A DNA stretch of 64,000 bases, from IMG/VR virus record IMGVR_UViG_3300028571_002266, positions 104,479-168,478 of that record. One strand, given 5' to 3'. The position numbers and the translations under genes were made by a program. This document shows positions 9,417-19,157 of this stretch, one piece after another. How positions within the stretch are numbered: the stretch's first letter is position 1; the number at the start of each line of letters is the position of its first letter. This DNA is from a virus. Below the pieces are notes generated by a model, which was given only the letters and a program-made list of their open reading frames with translations, ran no database searches and was not told the origin of the DNA.

Positions 9417-9719
9417 ATGTCTGGAAAATACAAGATTGTTTCATCTTCCAATATTATCACGATGGTCATCAATTTCAAGGATGAGAATGATGAAAATAGA
9501 ACTGTTAATGTTGGAGTTGATTATTTGATGAGCAAAGTATATTTTTTCGACGAAATTTCAAAAAAAATAGATTATGATGAACTAGAAAAGACTATTCTAA
9601 ATCATATCATTCCTGATATATGCGATTTACCTGAAATACCAGAAGATTTATTGATCAAGGTTGATGAAATTCGTCAGGGCAAGTTTGACAATGAAAGTCT
9701 TTTTAACATGCAAGGATAA
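9417..9719 (+). CDS. hypothetical protein
   Basis: ORF track. Confidence 0.55.
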   Translation: MSGKYKIVSSSNIITMVINFKDENDENRTVNVGVDYLMSKVYFFDEISKKIDYDELEKTILNHIIPDICDLPEIPEDLLIKVDEIRQGKFDNESLFNMQG

Positions 9720-9721
9720 AG

Positions 9722-10096
9722 ATGGCAAATAATAATACAGAAAGATTTGGATTTAGTGTATCTGCTGGAAACAATAGGCCAGATCCATGTAACTTGAGAA
9801 TTATGACTTTGGAGCGTGTCAATAAAATCATAGAAAATAAAAGATACGAGCCAAAACTAACTTCTCAACTTAAGAAAATGGCATCTTTGTATCCACAACA
9901 AGCATTGGAAAATTTTGTTCAAAATTTTGATCATCATTTACTAAAGGCAAGACAAGCGATAAGAATAAGTAAGCCAACTACATCGCCTGTAGAAGTCACT
10001 GAGGTTGCTGAAATAACTGAAGTCACTGAGGTTGCTGTAGAAGAAATTGTCACTCACGAGAATTCACATGCCCCGTCAGTCGAAGAATTTGAGTAA
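9722..10096 (+). CDS. hypothetical protein with EVTEVA repeat
   Basis: 19-bp direct repeat GAAGTCACTGAGGTTGCTG at 9992-10010 and 10019-10037. Confidence 0.6.
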   Translation: MANNNTERFGFSVSAGNNRPDPCNLRIMTLERVNKIIENKRYEPKLTSQLKKMASLYPQQALENFVQNFDHHLLKARQAIRISKPTTSPVEVTEVAEITEVTEVAVEEIVTHENSHAPSVEEFE

Positions 10097-10571
10097 AGAA
10101 CTACCTTTGCCGGGATCAAAAATTCCAGTAAAGATTGTAGCAGATAGCCCACAGTTTGTGCCGAAATATAAAACTTCTGGTGCGGCAGCAGCAGACTTAG
10201 TTGCTAATATTCCCACAAATGATGCTGGTCATAATTTTGTCAGTGTCATGCCAAGCCAGACAGAAGTGATCGATTGTGGATTCAGCATGTCTCTTCCTCA
10301 AGGCTGGGAAGCGCAAATCAGAGCAAGAAGCGGTCTTGCAGTTCAAGGTCTACAAGTAACCAATGGACCCGGAACTATCGATAGTGATTTTACCGGAAGA
10401 ATCAAAGTAATTGTCAATAGTGCAAGCAAAAACATCATCAGGATCACTCATGGTGATCGTGTAGCACAGATTTTAATAAAACCTGTGTGGCAAATTGATT
10501 GGGTTGAAGTTGATTCTTTAGAAGTTACTGAGCGTGGTGATAAAGGTTTTGGTTCAACAGGAAAAAATTGA
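10047..10571 (+). CDS. dut: trimeric dUTPase (start may be later)
   Basis: AAADL, RSGLA, GTIDSDFTG, GDRVAQ, RGDKGFGSTG. Confidence 0.95.
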   Translation: MSLTRIHMPRQSKNLSKELPLPGSKIPVKIVADSPQFVPKYKTSGAAAADLVANIPTNDAGHNFVSVMPSQTEVIDCGFSMSLPQGWEAQIRARSGLAVQGLQVTNGPGTIDSDFTGRIKVIVNSASKNIIRITHGDRVAQILIKPVWQIDWVEVDSLEVTERGDKGFGSTGKN

Positions 10572-10578
10572 GGTTAAA

Positions 10579-10794
10579 ATGAAAATATTTGCTGTAATTA
10601 GCGTTGCCAGACAAGTAGACGGAGAATGGGTCTGTGTCAAAACAGAAAAAGCATTCAAGAGTTCTTCTTCGGCAGAAAAATATGCAAATAATTTAGCAAG
10701 AAATTATGCAGAAAAGATCACTACTGCTAGTGGTGTAATGAATTGTATTTGTGAAAGAGGAGTTTTTGAAATAGATGTTGATGAACAGGAATAA
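10579..10794 (+). CDS. hypothetical protein
   Basis: GAGG RBS before ATG 10579. Confidence 0.55.
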   Translation: MKIFAVISVARQVDGEWVCVKTEKAFKSSSSAEKYANNLARNYAEKITTASGVMNCICERGVFEIDVDEQE

Positions 10795-10832
10795 TCAACA
10801 TTAACCCCATTATAATTAACTGAGGAGAATCC

Positions 10833-11570
10833 ATGGCCACACAGAATAATTACAATCCACTTGAAGGCGACCGTCCAGAAATGACGGTAAAGCTTCACGA
10901 AAATTCTGACGATCATATTTCAATTATTGTCGTCCATAGAGATAGACCTGAATATTTGAACATTTGCCTTCAGTCAATTGCAGTCACCAGCTTCAACAAC
11001 AACTACGAAATCATCGTTGTCGATAACGGAAGCGGCAAGGAATCACAAGAATTCCTTAAGGATATCGAAGGGGAAGTCAAGGTCGTAAAGAATGAGAAGA
11101 ATCTTTACTGGTCAGCAGCTTGTAATAAAGGCGTACAGGCTGCTGATAAAAACAGTAAATATTTTATCTTCATGCATTGTGACATCGTAGTAATCAATCC
11201 TGCTTGGATTGACTTGCTTGTAAATGTGTCAGAAGCACAACATTCAGGATTCGTTGGGGTTGACACTCAATCCTATATGATGGGAAATCAAAAGGTTGAT
11301 TTCCTCCAAGATCATATTACCTTGATAACAAGAGAAGCTTGGAGTGATATTGGTCCTTGGCCAGAACAACTTCCACAAATAGGCCCATCTTTCATTCTCA
11401 CAATCAGAGCTCAACAGAAGGGCCATAAGCCTCAGATTATGAAAAATCCAATCATCCATCACTACAAGATTTTTAGCATGGATATTTCAGAATATGAAAG
11501 AATGACAGAGCAGGCGATGACAACATTACCAAAACTAATGACTGATGTTTACTCAAAGGCTGTTTCATGA
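10833..11570 (+). CDS. glycosyltransferase family 2
   Basis: ISIIVV, YEIIVVDNGS, N.G, FMHCD. Confidence 0.85.
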   Translation: MATQNNYNPLEGDRPEMTVKLHENSDDHISIIVVHRDRPEYLNICLQSIAVTSFNNNYEIIVVDNGSGKESQEFLKDIEGEVKVVKNEKNLYWSAACNKGVQAADKNSKYFIFMHCDIVVINPAWIDLLVNVSEAQHSGFVGVDTQSYMMGNQKVDFLQDHITLITREAWSDIGPWPEQLPQIGPSFILTIRAQQKGHKPQIMKNPIIHHYKIFSMDISEYERMTEQAMTTLPKLMTDVYSKAVS

Positions 11571-12220
11571 AACAGGTCGTAAGGACCGATAAATTCGCAA
11601 TTTTTGATGATGTGTTCAAACAAGATTTGTTTGACACATTGGTTAGACATTTTTGCGAAATTGATTTCGTAAAACATAATCAAAACTTGATTAAAGTTTG
11701 GAAAATAAGCGATGGAGAAATTTTTGGTGGAGAATCTCATAGCTCCAAAAAATTTCCCTTTAACAGTCCTTTGGATTTTGTCCATAATACTGTTTACTAT
11801 CTTGCTAAAAATAATATTCAAGATTTGGTTGGAAAAGAAGGAGAAGAATGGACAGAAATAATTTATCGTCCTTACATTTACCCAGTAGGAACAAAAATAT
11901 CTTGGCATAATGATTCAGGTTATACTGCTGCATGTATTTTTTATTGCCATAGAGAATGGAGTCCTTTTTGGGGTGGCGAATTAATGATTGCAAACACTCC
12001 AAATAGCGAACAATATCCAGAATTGAAATCTAGCCCAGACGATCTTTTTTCTAAAGACTATACTAAACCTTTTTTGAATTACTTTGGATTTGGTCAATAC
12101 ATCACACCTATTCCAAATAGAATGGTTTTCACTAAAGGTGGAGTTTGGCATGGGATTAACAGAGTCGATGTGGCAGCAGGAGATAACCTTAGATTTTCAA
12201 TTGTAGCTTTCTTCAAGTGA
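11567..12220 (+). CDS. 2OG-Fe(II) oxygenase (prolyl-4-hydroxylase-like)
   Basis: WHND, WGGEL, PNRMVF, WHGI, RFSI. Confidence 0.85.
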   Translation: MKQVVRTDKFAIFDDVFKQDLFDTLVRHFCEIDFVKHNQNLIKVWKISDGEIFGGESHSSKKFPFNSPLDFVHNTVYYLAKNNIQDLVGKEGEEWTEIIYRPYIYPVGTKISWHNDSGYTAACIFYCHREWSPFWGGELMIANTPNSEQYPELKSSPDDLFSKDYTKPFLNYFGFGQYITPIPNRMVFTKGGVWHGINRVDVAAGDNLRFSIVAFFK

Positions 12221-12224
12221 GAAA

Positions 12225-12704
12225 CTAATCTTTCTTTGTATTTTCTAAATTCTTGACAAAATTAATCCAATCTTCATTAACCCATATAACTGGTGAATGG
12301 GTGCAGTATGCTGCTGCATAACTCATGCAGAAAATTTCTTCTGCATTTTGTTGCAAGGCATGTTTTTGTTCCTTATGTGGGAATTTATCTATTTGCGTTT
12401 GCTTAGTCTTCTTGACTAATTCTTCCCATTTCTTCTTCAAATCTTTGGTCATAATATATTCCCAGACCAAATGAGCAATTTCATGCAATGTTGTGAACGC
12501 TCTGCTGTAGTTCCATGGAGCAGCTACAACGATCCTGTTTTTGAAAATATAACCAATATGATCATTATCGCCGTCTAAAGTGTTGCCACTTGTATATTTG
12601 AATTTATATCCATTGAGAAGATCACGATGTTTCTTAGGAAGAGAAGAAATTAACTTCTCAACATCTTTTTGTTCTTCAGATTCAAGAAAAGTTTTGAATT
12701 CCAT
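12225..12704 (-). CDS. HExxH zinc-metallopeptidase-like protein
   Basis: TLHEIAH plus downstream EEIFC; N-terminus MEFKTFLESEE. Confidence 0.6.
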   Translation of the reverse strand: MEFKTFLESEEQKDVEKLISSLPKKHRDLLNGYKFKYTSGNTLDGDNDHIGYIFKNRIVVAAPWNYSRAFTTLHEIAHLVWEYIMTKDLKKKWEELVKKTKQTQIDKFPHKEQKHALQQNAEEIFCMSYAAAYCTHSPVIWVNEDWINFVKNLENTKKD

Positions 12705-12788
12705 CTTTTTCTCCCAAGATATAAATGATTCAACCATATTATTTAACAATAAATTCGACTATATTGTTTTCAAATTCCTAATACATAA

Positions 12789-13031
12789 CATCACAATGGA
12801 AATGTTCAATATGATACTTCAGCGACATCTTTGGCAAGTGGAAGTGGTACTGATGTCATAGGTGGTTATGTGAATAAACAAGGCAGTTTGGATATTACTA
12901 GCATAAATCAATTCAACTTCCAGATTGGAAGGTTTTTGGATGGCACGAGTGAAGTTATCACAGTTGCTTTTGCCCCAACATCAGCAAACACTAAGGTTTT
13001 GGCTGATTTGGCTTGGTTTGAAATTGTTTGA
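12789..13031 (+). pseudogene. orphan C-terminal fragment of a phage structural-type gene
   Basis: coding-like frame HNGNVQYDTSATSL...LADLAWFEIV starts right after TAA 12786 with no ATG or RBS. Confidence 0.45.
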
Positions 13032-13044
13032 TAATTTGGTAAAA

Positions 13045-13078
13045 AAAACCACTCAAATATTTTTATTTGAGTGGTTTT
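13045..13078. terminator. bidirectional intrinsic terminator
   Basis: AAAACCACTCAAATA-4nt-TATTTGAGTGGTTTT between convergent ORFs. Confidence 0.7.
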
Positions 13079-13096
13079 ACTGTAAAAAATAAATTT

Positions 13097-14041
13097 TTAG
13101 ACTATTGCAGATGTGTCAACACTCTTCCATGCTCCGCCAACATAGACCTCTATGTTGCCTGTCGCTGTGTTGTAGCAGAACATACCGTTAGTTGCAGTGC
13201 CAGCAGCAGCGTTTCTTGCAGTATTGTCTGCATAGACTGGCATTCTTGGCATAGAATTCAAATAAATATGACCATTTCTACCAGCACCAGAATTAGTGCC
13301 ACAAGTAAGGTTCATATCACCAGCACGATCTGTGCCAACGCTATTACCAGAAATCAAGGTTAAATCGCCACCACGACCATCAACAGTGCCATCTCCAGCT
13401 TCAATAGCAATATCTCCACCATCTATATCTGTAGTGGCTAATGAATTACCAGCATATATAAATATGTCACCTGCTTCTGGATCATCTCCAGTGCTACCAT
13501 CTCCATTGCCACTATCGCCAGCATAGATGTAAACATCACCAGCTTGACCATCATCGCCAGAATCTCCAGCTTCTAATCTAATATCGCCACCATCGCTGTC
13601 GCCAATGCCAGTAGATGCATTGCCACCATATATGAGTACATCTCCTGCATCGGAATTATCGGCAGCATCTGCATTGCCACCTCTAATCGTTACATCTCCA
13701 GCGTTTGCATCTGGACCATCTCCAGTATTGCCAGCTTCGATGTTGATGTTTCCGCCTTCACCATTACCGTTAGCGTGACCACCTTTTATGAAAACACTAC
13801 CACCATCAGCATCGATACCATTAGCCGCTAATGGATATCCATTTCCACCTTTGATAGTAATATTTGAAGCACTAATGGAATTCACTATTCCGTCTGCTGT
13901 GGAAATTGTTATATTCGATGAAAAGTTTTCAAAAATTTTACCCTCTTGTATGTTTACTTTTTTTACTACACCGTTTACAATTTTCGGTAAAGATTTTTCT
14001 GCCGATCCTATTCCTGTTCCTTCTTGACTTGTAGCGCCCAT
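13097..14041 (-). CDS. Gly-rich repeat fibre/structural protein
   Basis: about 9 repeats of (G/A)GD.x.I.xG; C-terminal R.A...NGM..YNT.T..IEVY.GGAW fibre motif. Confidence 0.65.
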   Translation of the reverse strand: MGATSQEGTGIGSAEKSLPKIVNGVVKKVNIQEGKIFENFSSNITISTADGIVNSISASNITIKGGNGYPLAANGIDADGGSVFIKGGHANGNGEGGNINIEAGNTGDGPDANAGDVTIRGGNADAADNSDAGDVLIYGGNASTGIGDSDGGDIRLEAGDSGDDGQAGDVYIYAGDSGNGDGSTGDDPEAGDIFIYAGNSLATTDIDGGDIAIEAGDGTVDGRGGDLTLISGNSVGTDRAGDMNLTCGTNSGAGRNGHIYLNSMPRMPVYADNTARNAAAGTATNGMFCYNTATGNIEVYVGGAWKSVDTSAIV

Positions 14042-14132
14042 ATTTTCTCCTTAATAAAATAAAATAAAACTATTGTCTCTATATTTATTGTTTTGCATTA
14101 AAAAATAAATTACTGCATTGCTTAAATAAGGC

Positions 14133-14867
14133 ATGGCAAAACCAAGAAAAAAACCCGTCAAGAATGAAAAGACCAACACAACACCAGCACAGCATGCTAG
14201 TGGTAAAAAGCCATTTCATGTTGAGTTTATGAATGCTGCTCAAAAAATGGCTTGGGGTGCATTTGATCAGCATGATGTTTTGTTTTTGCTAGGAGCTCCC
14301 GGTACGGGGAAGTCACACCTCGCTTGCGCCTTTGCAATTAGTGAGATTTTAGCTAAAAGAAAAGAAAAAATTATTATAACAAGACCAACCATTGAAGCTG
14401 GTGGCCGAGGACTTGGGTTTTTACCGGGCTCGGCGGAAGAAAAATTAAACCCTTATATGCTTCCTCTTTTTGATTGTATGGATAGGTGTTTGGGAACATT
14501 TTCTCCACAGAGGGACATAATCAATAAGAGTGTAGAGCTTTCTCCTCTTCAGTTTATGCGTGGTAGAAGTTTTCATGATTCAGTTTGTATTCTTGATGAA
14601 GCTCAGAATTGCAATTATGCTGAAATTAAATTGTTTCTTACAAGATTTGGACAGAACAGTAAAGTAATCATTACTGGTGATCCGATGCAAAGCGATTTGC
14701 CTTGGAAGGACAGGGCTTTGATGAATGTTGTTGATAGGTTGTCAAGCTTAAAGGGAGTTGGAATAATAAACTTCAAGGCTAATTCTATTGTTCGACATCC
14801 ATTGATTGCATCGATTCTTGAGAAGTTGGAAGAGGATAAGGAGGAGAGTGGCACTAGTAGTTCCTGA
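14133..14867 (+). CDS. phoH: PhoH family ATPase
   Basis: GAPGTGKS, ITRP, LGFLPG, FMRGRSF, ILDEAQN, GDPMQSD, IVRHP. Confidence 0.95.
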   Translation: MAKPRKKPVKNEKTNTTPAQHASGKKPFHVEFMNAAQKMAWGAFDQHDVLFLLGAPGTGKSHLACAFAISEILAKRKEKIIITRPTIEAGGRGLGFLPGSAEEKLNPYMLPLFDCMDRCLGTFSPQRDIINKSVELSPLQFMRGRSFHDSVCILDEAQNCNYAEIKLFLTRFGQNSKVIITGDPMQSDLPWKDRALMNVVDRLSSLKGVGIINFKANSIVRHPLIASILEKLEEDKEESGTSSS

Positions 14868-15258
14868 TCTTGGCGAAATTGAACTTTTGACTAAATTGTT
14901 AAAAAACACTGCTGATACAGAGGATTATATTCTTAAGCTTTATAAGAATAATTACACTCCAATTGCAGCAACTGTTGTTGGTAGTTTTACTGAGGCTGAT
15001 TTTACAAATTATGTAGATAAGACCATTGCAAGATCAGATTGGGCCACACCTTCAACTGTAAGTAATAAAGCTGAATCTAGTGTTGCGACACAATCATGGA
15101 CATGTGGTGTTACTACCAACACAATTTATGGTTATTATGTAGTTGGCGCAACTTCTGGTGTTTGTTTGTGGGCGGAAGAATTTGCGGCAGCAAGAGTTCT
15201 TGCAGACGGAGATATTCTTAATCTTACTCCAAAATTTAATCTTTCTAGCGCCAATTAA
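14848..15258 (+). CDS. putative virion structural protein
   Basis: AAGGAGG before GTG 14848; LKLYKNNYTP, EADFTNY, IYGYYV, LWAEEF pattern of phage tail-associated proteins. Confidence 0.55.
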   Translation: MALVVPDLGEIELLTKLLKNTADTEDYILKLYKNNYTPIAATVVGSFTEADFTNYVDKTIARSDWATPSTVSNKAESSVATQSWTCGVTTNTIYGYYVVGATSGVCLWAEEFAAARVLADGDILNLTPKFNLSSAN

Positions 15259-15281
15259 TATTCTTAATTAGTAAATAGGTA

Positions 15282-16064
15282 ATGAGTAATTTAGCATTAT
15301 CTTTTTCTTATAATGGGACTCATCATAAATCAGATGGATCTATAAATCCTATTGAACATTTGAAAATGTTAATTGCGGCAATTGATTGTGCGAATCCGAA
15401 AGGAGAACACGATGTTATTGTTTCTGCAATTTGTTTTGATATTTGGAATATGGATCAAAGAGAAAGAAATATTGCTTTAGAAGTTTATAAGAGGGCAAGA
15501 ATAGTTCTCTCTAACAGTATTCAAAAAAATCATCAAGATGGAGCGGCTACTTCAATAAGGATGGCAACTGAATTTGCTGCTGCAACAGGGAAAGATTATT
15601 TAATTCATCTTGCCGAAGATATAGCAGTTGCTCCTGATTTTGTTGAATATTTTCTTAAACATTTGGTCGATTGTGATTATGTTGGTACTTATTGGAACAT
15701 GTATCCGGGAAAGTCGTTCAATACACAAGTATTTGGTTGTAGAGTTTCTTCTTTTGCTGATTTGTGGAAAAATAATTTTATGATGCCTTTTTCTATTCCT
15801 AGAGAATCAGATATAGAGAGAGAGTTATATAATAATATTACTTCTAATAAATTAATCTATAAAGTTGGAGATCCAAACAGTGATTATAGATTCTCTTATC
15901 CTGATAAAAGAGGATGTCCTCATTTGAATAGCGCACCAGTTCTTTTTCAGCATACACATAATTCAAATAATTTTCGCAAGATAGTAGAAGGTTATGGCGT
16001 GAAATGGTTTGACGAAACAAAAGAAATAAAAAAAACAAACAAAAAAAATATTTCTATGCTTTGA
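15282..16064 (+). CDS. hypothetical protein, possibly GT-A fold
   Basis: DYLIHLAEDI resembles the GT-A DxD region. Confidence 0.45.
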   Translation: MSNLALSFSYNGTHHKSDGSINPIEHLKMLIAAIDCANPKGEHDVIVSAICFDIWNMDQRERNIALEVYKRARIVLSNSIQKNHQDGAATSIRMATEFAAATGKDYLIHLAEDIAVAPDFVEYFLKHLVDCDYVGTYWNMYPGKSFNTQVFGCRVSSFADLWKNNFMMPFSIPRESDIERELYNNITSNKLIYKVGDPNSDYRFSYPDKRGCPHLNSAPVLFQHTHNSNNFRKIVEGYGVKWFDETKEIKKTNKKNISML

Positions 16065-16092
16065 TTTAATTCATTTGAGCATTAAATATGTT

Positions 16093-17316
16093 ATGAATTT
16101 TAGATTATGGCTTGAAAGCGAAGAAAAACAAGATGTCATCGATATGGAAATACCGATGCCTGATGACATTGTTTTTTTGAATGAATTATTCAAAAAGCAT
16201 GGTAAAAAGTTGTATGCTGTTGGTGGAGTTATCCGTGACTTCCTGATTAGTCACTTCCATATGAATGGGAAGGGTGGAGGTCCAAAGGATGTTGATTTAA
16301 CAACTGATGCTAGGCCAGAAGACATAACTAAGATTTTATCATCAGAAGAAGCGCAAAGACATGGGATTAGAGTTCTTCCTAAGGGAGAAGCATTTGGTGT
16401 TATTTCAGCTATTATGGATGGAAAAGAATATGAGATAGCAACATTTAGAGAAGAATATTATGATCCTATTCATGGTGATGGTCGAAGACCAGATAGAGTG
16501 AGCTATTCTACGGCAGATAAGGATGCACAGAGAAGAGACTTGACTATGAATGCTCTTTTCTACGACATAGACAAAAAAAGAATTATAGATTACAACACCA
16601 TTGATGGTCGTGGGCAAGGAATTAATGATATTAAAAATCTTGTTGCTAGGCCGGTTGGGAATCCAGAAGAAAGATTTAGAGAAGATAAACTTAGAGTTCT
16701 TCGCCTTGTTCGCTTTTTCAGCAGGTTTAATCCCGGCTTAATCAAGGATAATGTTGACAAGGACACTTTGAATGCAATTAATAAATTCAAATTTTTGGAA
16801 GGTGTTTCAGGAGAAAGGATTGTGGCCGAATTCACGAGTGGTTTTAAGGCAGCGATAAATAAAAATAACTTCTTCAGAAATTATCAAGACTTAGATCTTT
16901 TCCCTGCTGTTTTGCCTAATTTGATTATTGATGTTCAAAACTATGAAGAAAGCAATAGTTTTCCTGCTTCGTTAGCTTTTATTCTAAGAAACAATACGAA
17001 TTCATCAGTAGTAAGAAAACAATTGTCTGCATTAAAATATCCAAATGATATTTCTGATAAAGTGGAATTTTTCTTAAGATTAACAGAATTTGATGGAAGC
17101 GAAATTATTACATTTTTGAGGCGTAGAGATGCTTTGCATGATGTTAAGAAAGATTTACTGGAATTTGCAAAGTTAGAAAAAAATAATTATTTAGTTCATT
17201 TTGCTAATTATAAGCAACAAACTAACAGCAAAGATTTTATGCATCTTAAAGGCCCAGATATAACAAAGGCTATGAATCAGCGAGAAAAAGAAATTTTCTT
17301 GGCCAGTGCTTATTAA
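16093..17316 (+). CDS. cca: class II tRNA nucleotidyltransferase (CCA-adding enzyme)
   Basis: YAVGGVIRD, KDVD, EIATFR, flexible loop GRRP, RRDLTMNA, EDKLR templating motif. Confidence 0.88.
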   Translation: MNFRLWLESEEKQDVIDMEIPMPDDIVFLNELFKKHGKKLYAVGGVIRDFLISHFHMNGKGGGPKDVDLTTDARPEDITKILSSEEAQRHGIRVLPKGEAFGVISAIMDGKEYEIATFREEYYDPIHGDGRRPDRVSYSTADKDAQRRDLTMNALFYDIDKKRIIDYNTIDGRGQGINDIKNLVARPVGNPEERFREDKLRVLRLVRFFSRFNPGLIKDNVDKDTLNAINKFKFLEGVSGERIVAEFTSGFKAAINKNNFFRNYQDLDLFPAVLPNLIIDVQNYEESNSFPASLAFILRNNTNSSVVRKQLSALKYPNDISDKVEFFLRLTEFDGSEIITFLRRRDALHDVKKDLLEFAKLEKNNYLVHFANYKQQTNSKDFMHLKGPDITKAMNQREKEIFLASAY

Positions 17317-17352
17317 TTGTTGGATTTTCTGTTTGGCCAATAAATAGTTTAT

Positions 17353-18756
17353 ATGACAATTTACAATGATACAATGTCTGATGGAGTTCTGATTGATGGA
17401 ACGGCAGGTGTTGTACAACAATTTTCGGTTGACTTGCAGGTTTATTACGCTGTAAATGAAGAAATTGAATCTGAGATTTCTTTTTATTGGTCTGTAGGCG
17501 AGTTGCCTTTGTATTGGTGGGTTATAGAAGGATATGTTCATCCTCCTGATGACACAAAGTCTTTAGATGTATCTGTTCCAGAAAAGCAAAATTTTATACA
17601 AACAATTCTTGCAAGAACTCCCAAAGAGGTTGGTGAATATTTTGCTCGTGAGTCTCGAAACTGGGAAATAGTTTACCTTAAGAGGTATAGCCAGCCTGCT
17701 GATATTTACCTCAATGATCCTAGTCTTCCGAATGACTTACAAGTTGTTGATTATAAATTTCCTCAATTTTCTGTAAGCACTAGATCTTTGATAAAGATGG
17801 GCATGACTGTTTCAGTTGTGCAGATTTATCAAAGATATCAAGGAAGTGGAGGTGCTACATTTTACGGAAGTGCAGATGCAGCAATTACAAGTGGAGCAGT
17901 AACTCCGACAACATCTAATTTTGTTTATGATAGTTCTGGTGGTCATGTTTTAACTGGTGGATCAGGTGGAGCGGTTAGTTCATTTGCTACTAGTTTCTTG
18001 ACATATGGTGGAATAAAAACCTTCTTGTTAAGTGATGTTATTTTTGGATTAGGATCTGCTCCTGCTCTTATCGCTCCTACCAACACAGTTGCCACAGCTT
18101 GTGGCTCATGTATAAGTTTCCCATTAGAGTTATTCATAGAAAATAACTTTAGTAATCCCGGTGTTTTAGGTAATTTCTTGCAGCGTAATGCTTATACTTT
18201 CCCGTCAATATTGCCACTTATTTACAGTGGTCGTAGTAATTCATGGTTGGCTTTTAAGCATTTTGAAGGTTCGTCTGGTGATAATGCAAATATTGAAAAT
18301 TGGCGTTTTCAGTTTGAGTGGGCTTGTACAAATAGTCCTTTCGGTCAAGAAAACGCAACAAGCACTCCTGCTTTCAAATTTTCGATTATAGTTACAAGAA
18401 AGAATCTTGGAACAAATATTGCCATTGATACAAGAATTGTAATTATTTTTTCTTCTGACGATGTTTGTGAAACAGTGAGGAATTTCAAAGAAGATTTTAT
18501 TTTCAATTTGAACACGAAAACAAACTATATTAATAATGGGAATGGGATTGTGCCAATTAGCGTTCTATTGAATGATAGAATTGGTATTTTCAAATCTTCA
18601 TATTGGACTGATAATCCTTATTTGAACATAAGGATTTCTAGTACAAATATTTTCAATAAGGGTGAAAACAAGGACATTAGTTCGATTATCCCTAAACCTC
18701 CAACTTTATATCAGTTGGGGACAAGTTTTGCGAGATCTTCGACTGCTGTGATTTAG
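17353..18756 (+). CDS. putative virion structural protein
   Basis: Gly/Ser/Thr-rich central region; TAAATA upstream. Confidence 0.45.
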   Translation: MTIYNDTMSDGVLIDGTAGVVQQFSVDLQVYYAVNEEIESEISFYWSVGELPLYWWVIEGYVHPPDDTKSLDVSVPEKQNFIQTILARTPKEVGEYFARESRNWEIVYLKRYSQPADIYLNDPSLPNDLQVVDYKFPQFSVSTRSLIKMGMTVSVVQIYQRYQGSGGATFYGSADAAITSGAVTPTTSNFVYDSSGGHVLTGGSGGAVSSFATSFLTYGGIKTFLLSDVIFGLGSAPALIAPTNTVATACGSCISFPLELFIENNFSNPGVLGNFLQRNAYTFPSILPLIYSGRSNSWLAFKHFEGSSGDNANIENWRFQFEWACTNSPFGQENATSTPAFKFSIIVTRKNLGTNIAIDTRIVIIFSSDDVCETVRNFKEDFIFNLNTKTNYINNGNGIVPISVLLNDRIGIFKSSYWTDNPYLNIRISSTNIFNKGENKDISSIIPKPPTLYQLGTSFARSSTAVI

Positions 18757-18765
18757 GAGAAAATT

Positions 18766-19062
18766 GTGGAAGCAATTATTTTGTCGTTGTGTTTTATGAT
18801 TCTTATTATCAATTTGGTTTTTTTGTTTTTCATTGGTATCTTTCTTGTTAGGATGAATGATCGTTTTGACAATATGTTTGCAGAATTGGTTGAAATTATT
18901 TCTGATTCTCCATCGGCTGTTCCTCCTTCTGCTAAAAAATCTCAGACTTGGGATGAAAAATATGAACGTGAGATGGAAATGATTGCAAGGAGAATGAGGG
19001 GAGAGTCGGCTCTTGATGATTTGCCAAATTTGAGATCATACGATGTTCCAGAGCAAACTTAA
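18766..19062 (+). CDS. single-pass membrane protein
   Basis: AGGAG RBS, GTG start, N-terminal TM. Confidence 0.6.
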   Translation: MEAIILSLCFMILIINLVFLFFIGIFLVRMNDRFDNMFAELVEIISDSPSAVPPSAKKSQTWDEKYEREMEMIARRMRGESALDDLPNLRSYDVPEQT

Positions 19063-19078
19063 TCAAAAAAAAACAGTC

Positions 19079-19145
19079 TTGTTTTGCCCCTCTGAAAAGT
19101 TTATGATGCTGCTTCATGGAAATCCGTCCTCCGCTGACGGACGGA
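19079..19145 (+). promoter_or_regulatory. sigma-70 promoter followed by hairpin element
   Basis: TTGTTT-17bp-TATGAT, then GAAATCCGTCCTCCGCTGACGGACGGA at 19119. Confidence 0.6.
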
Positions 19146-19157
19146 AGAGGTATGGTA

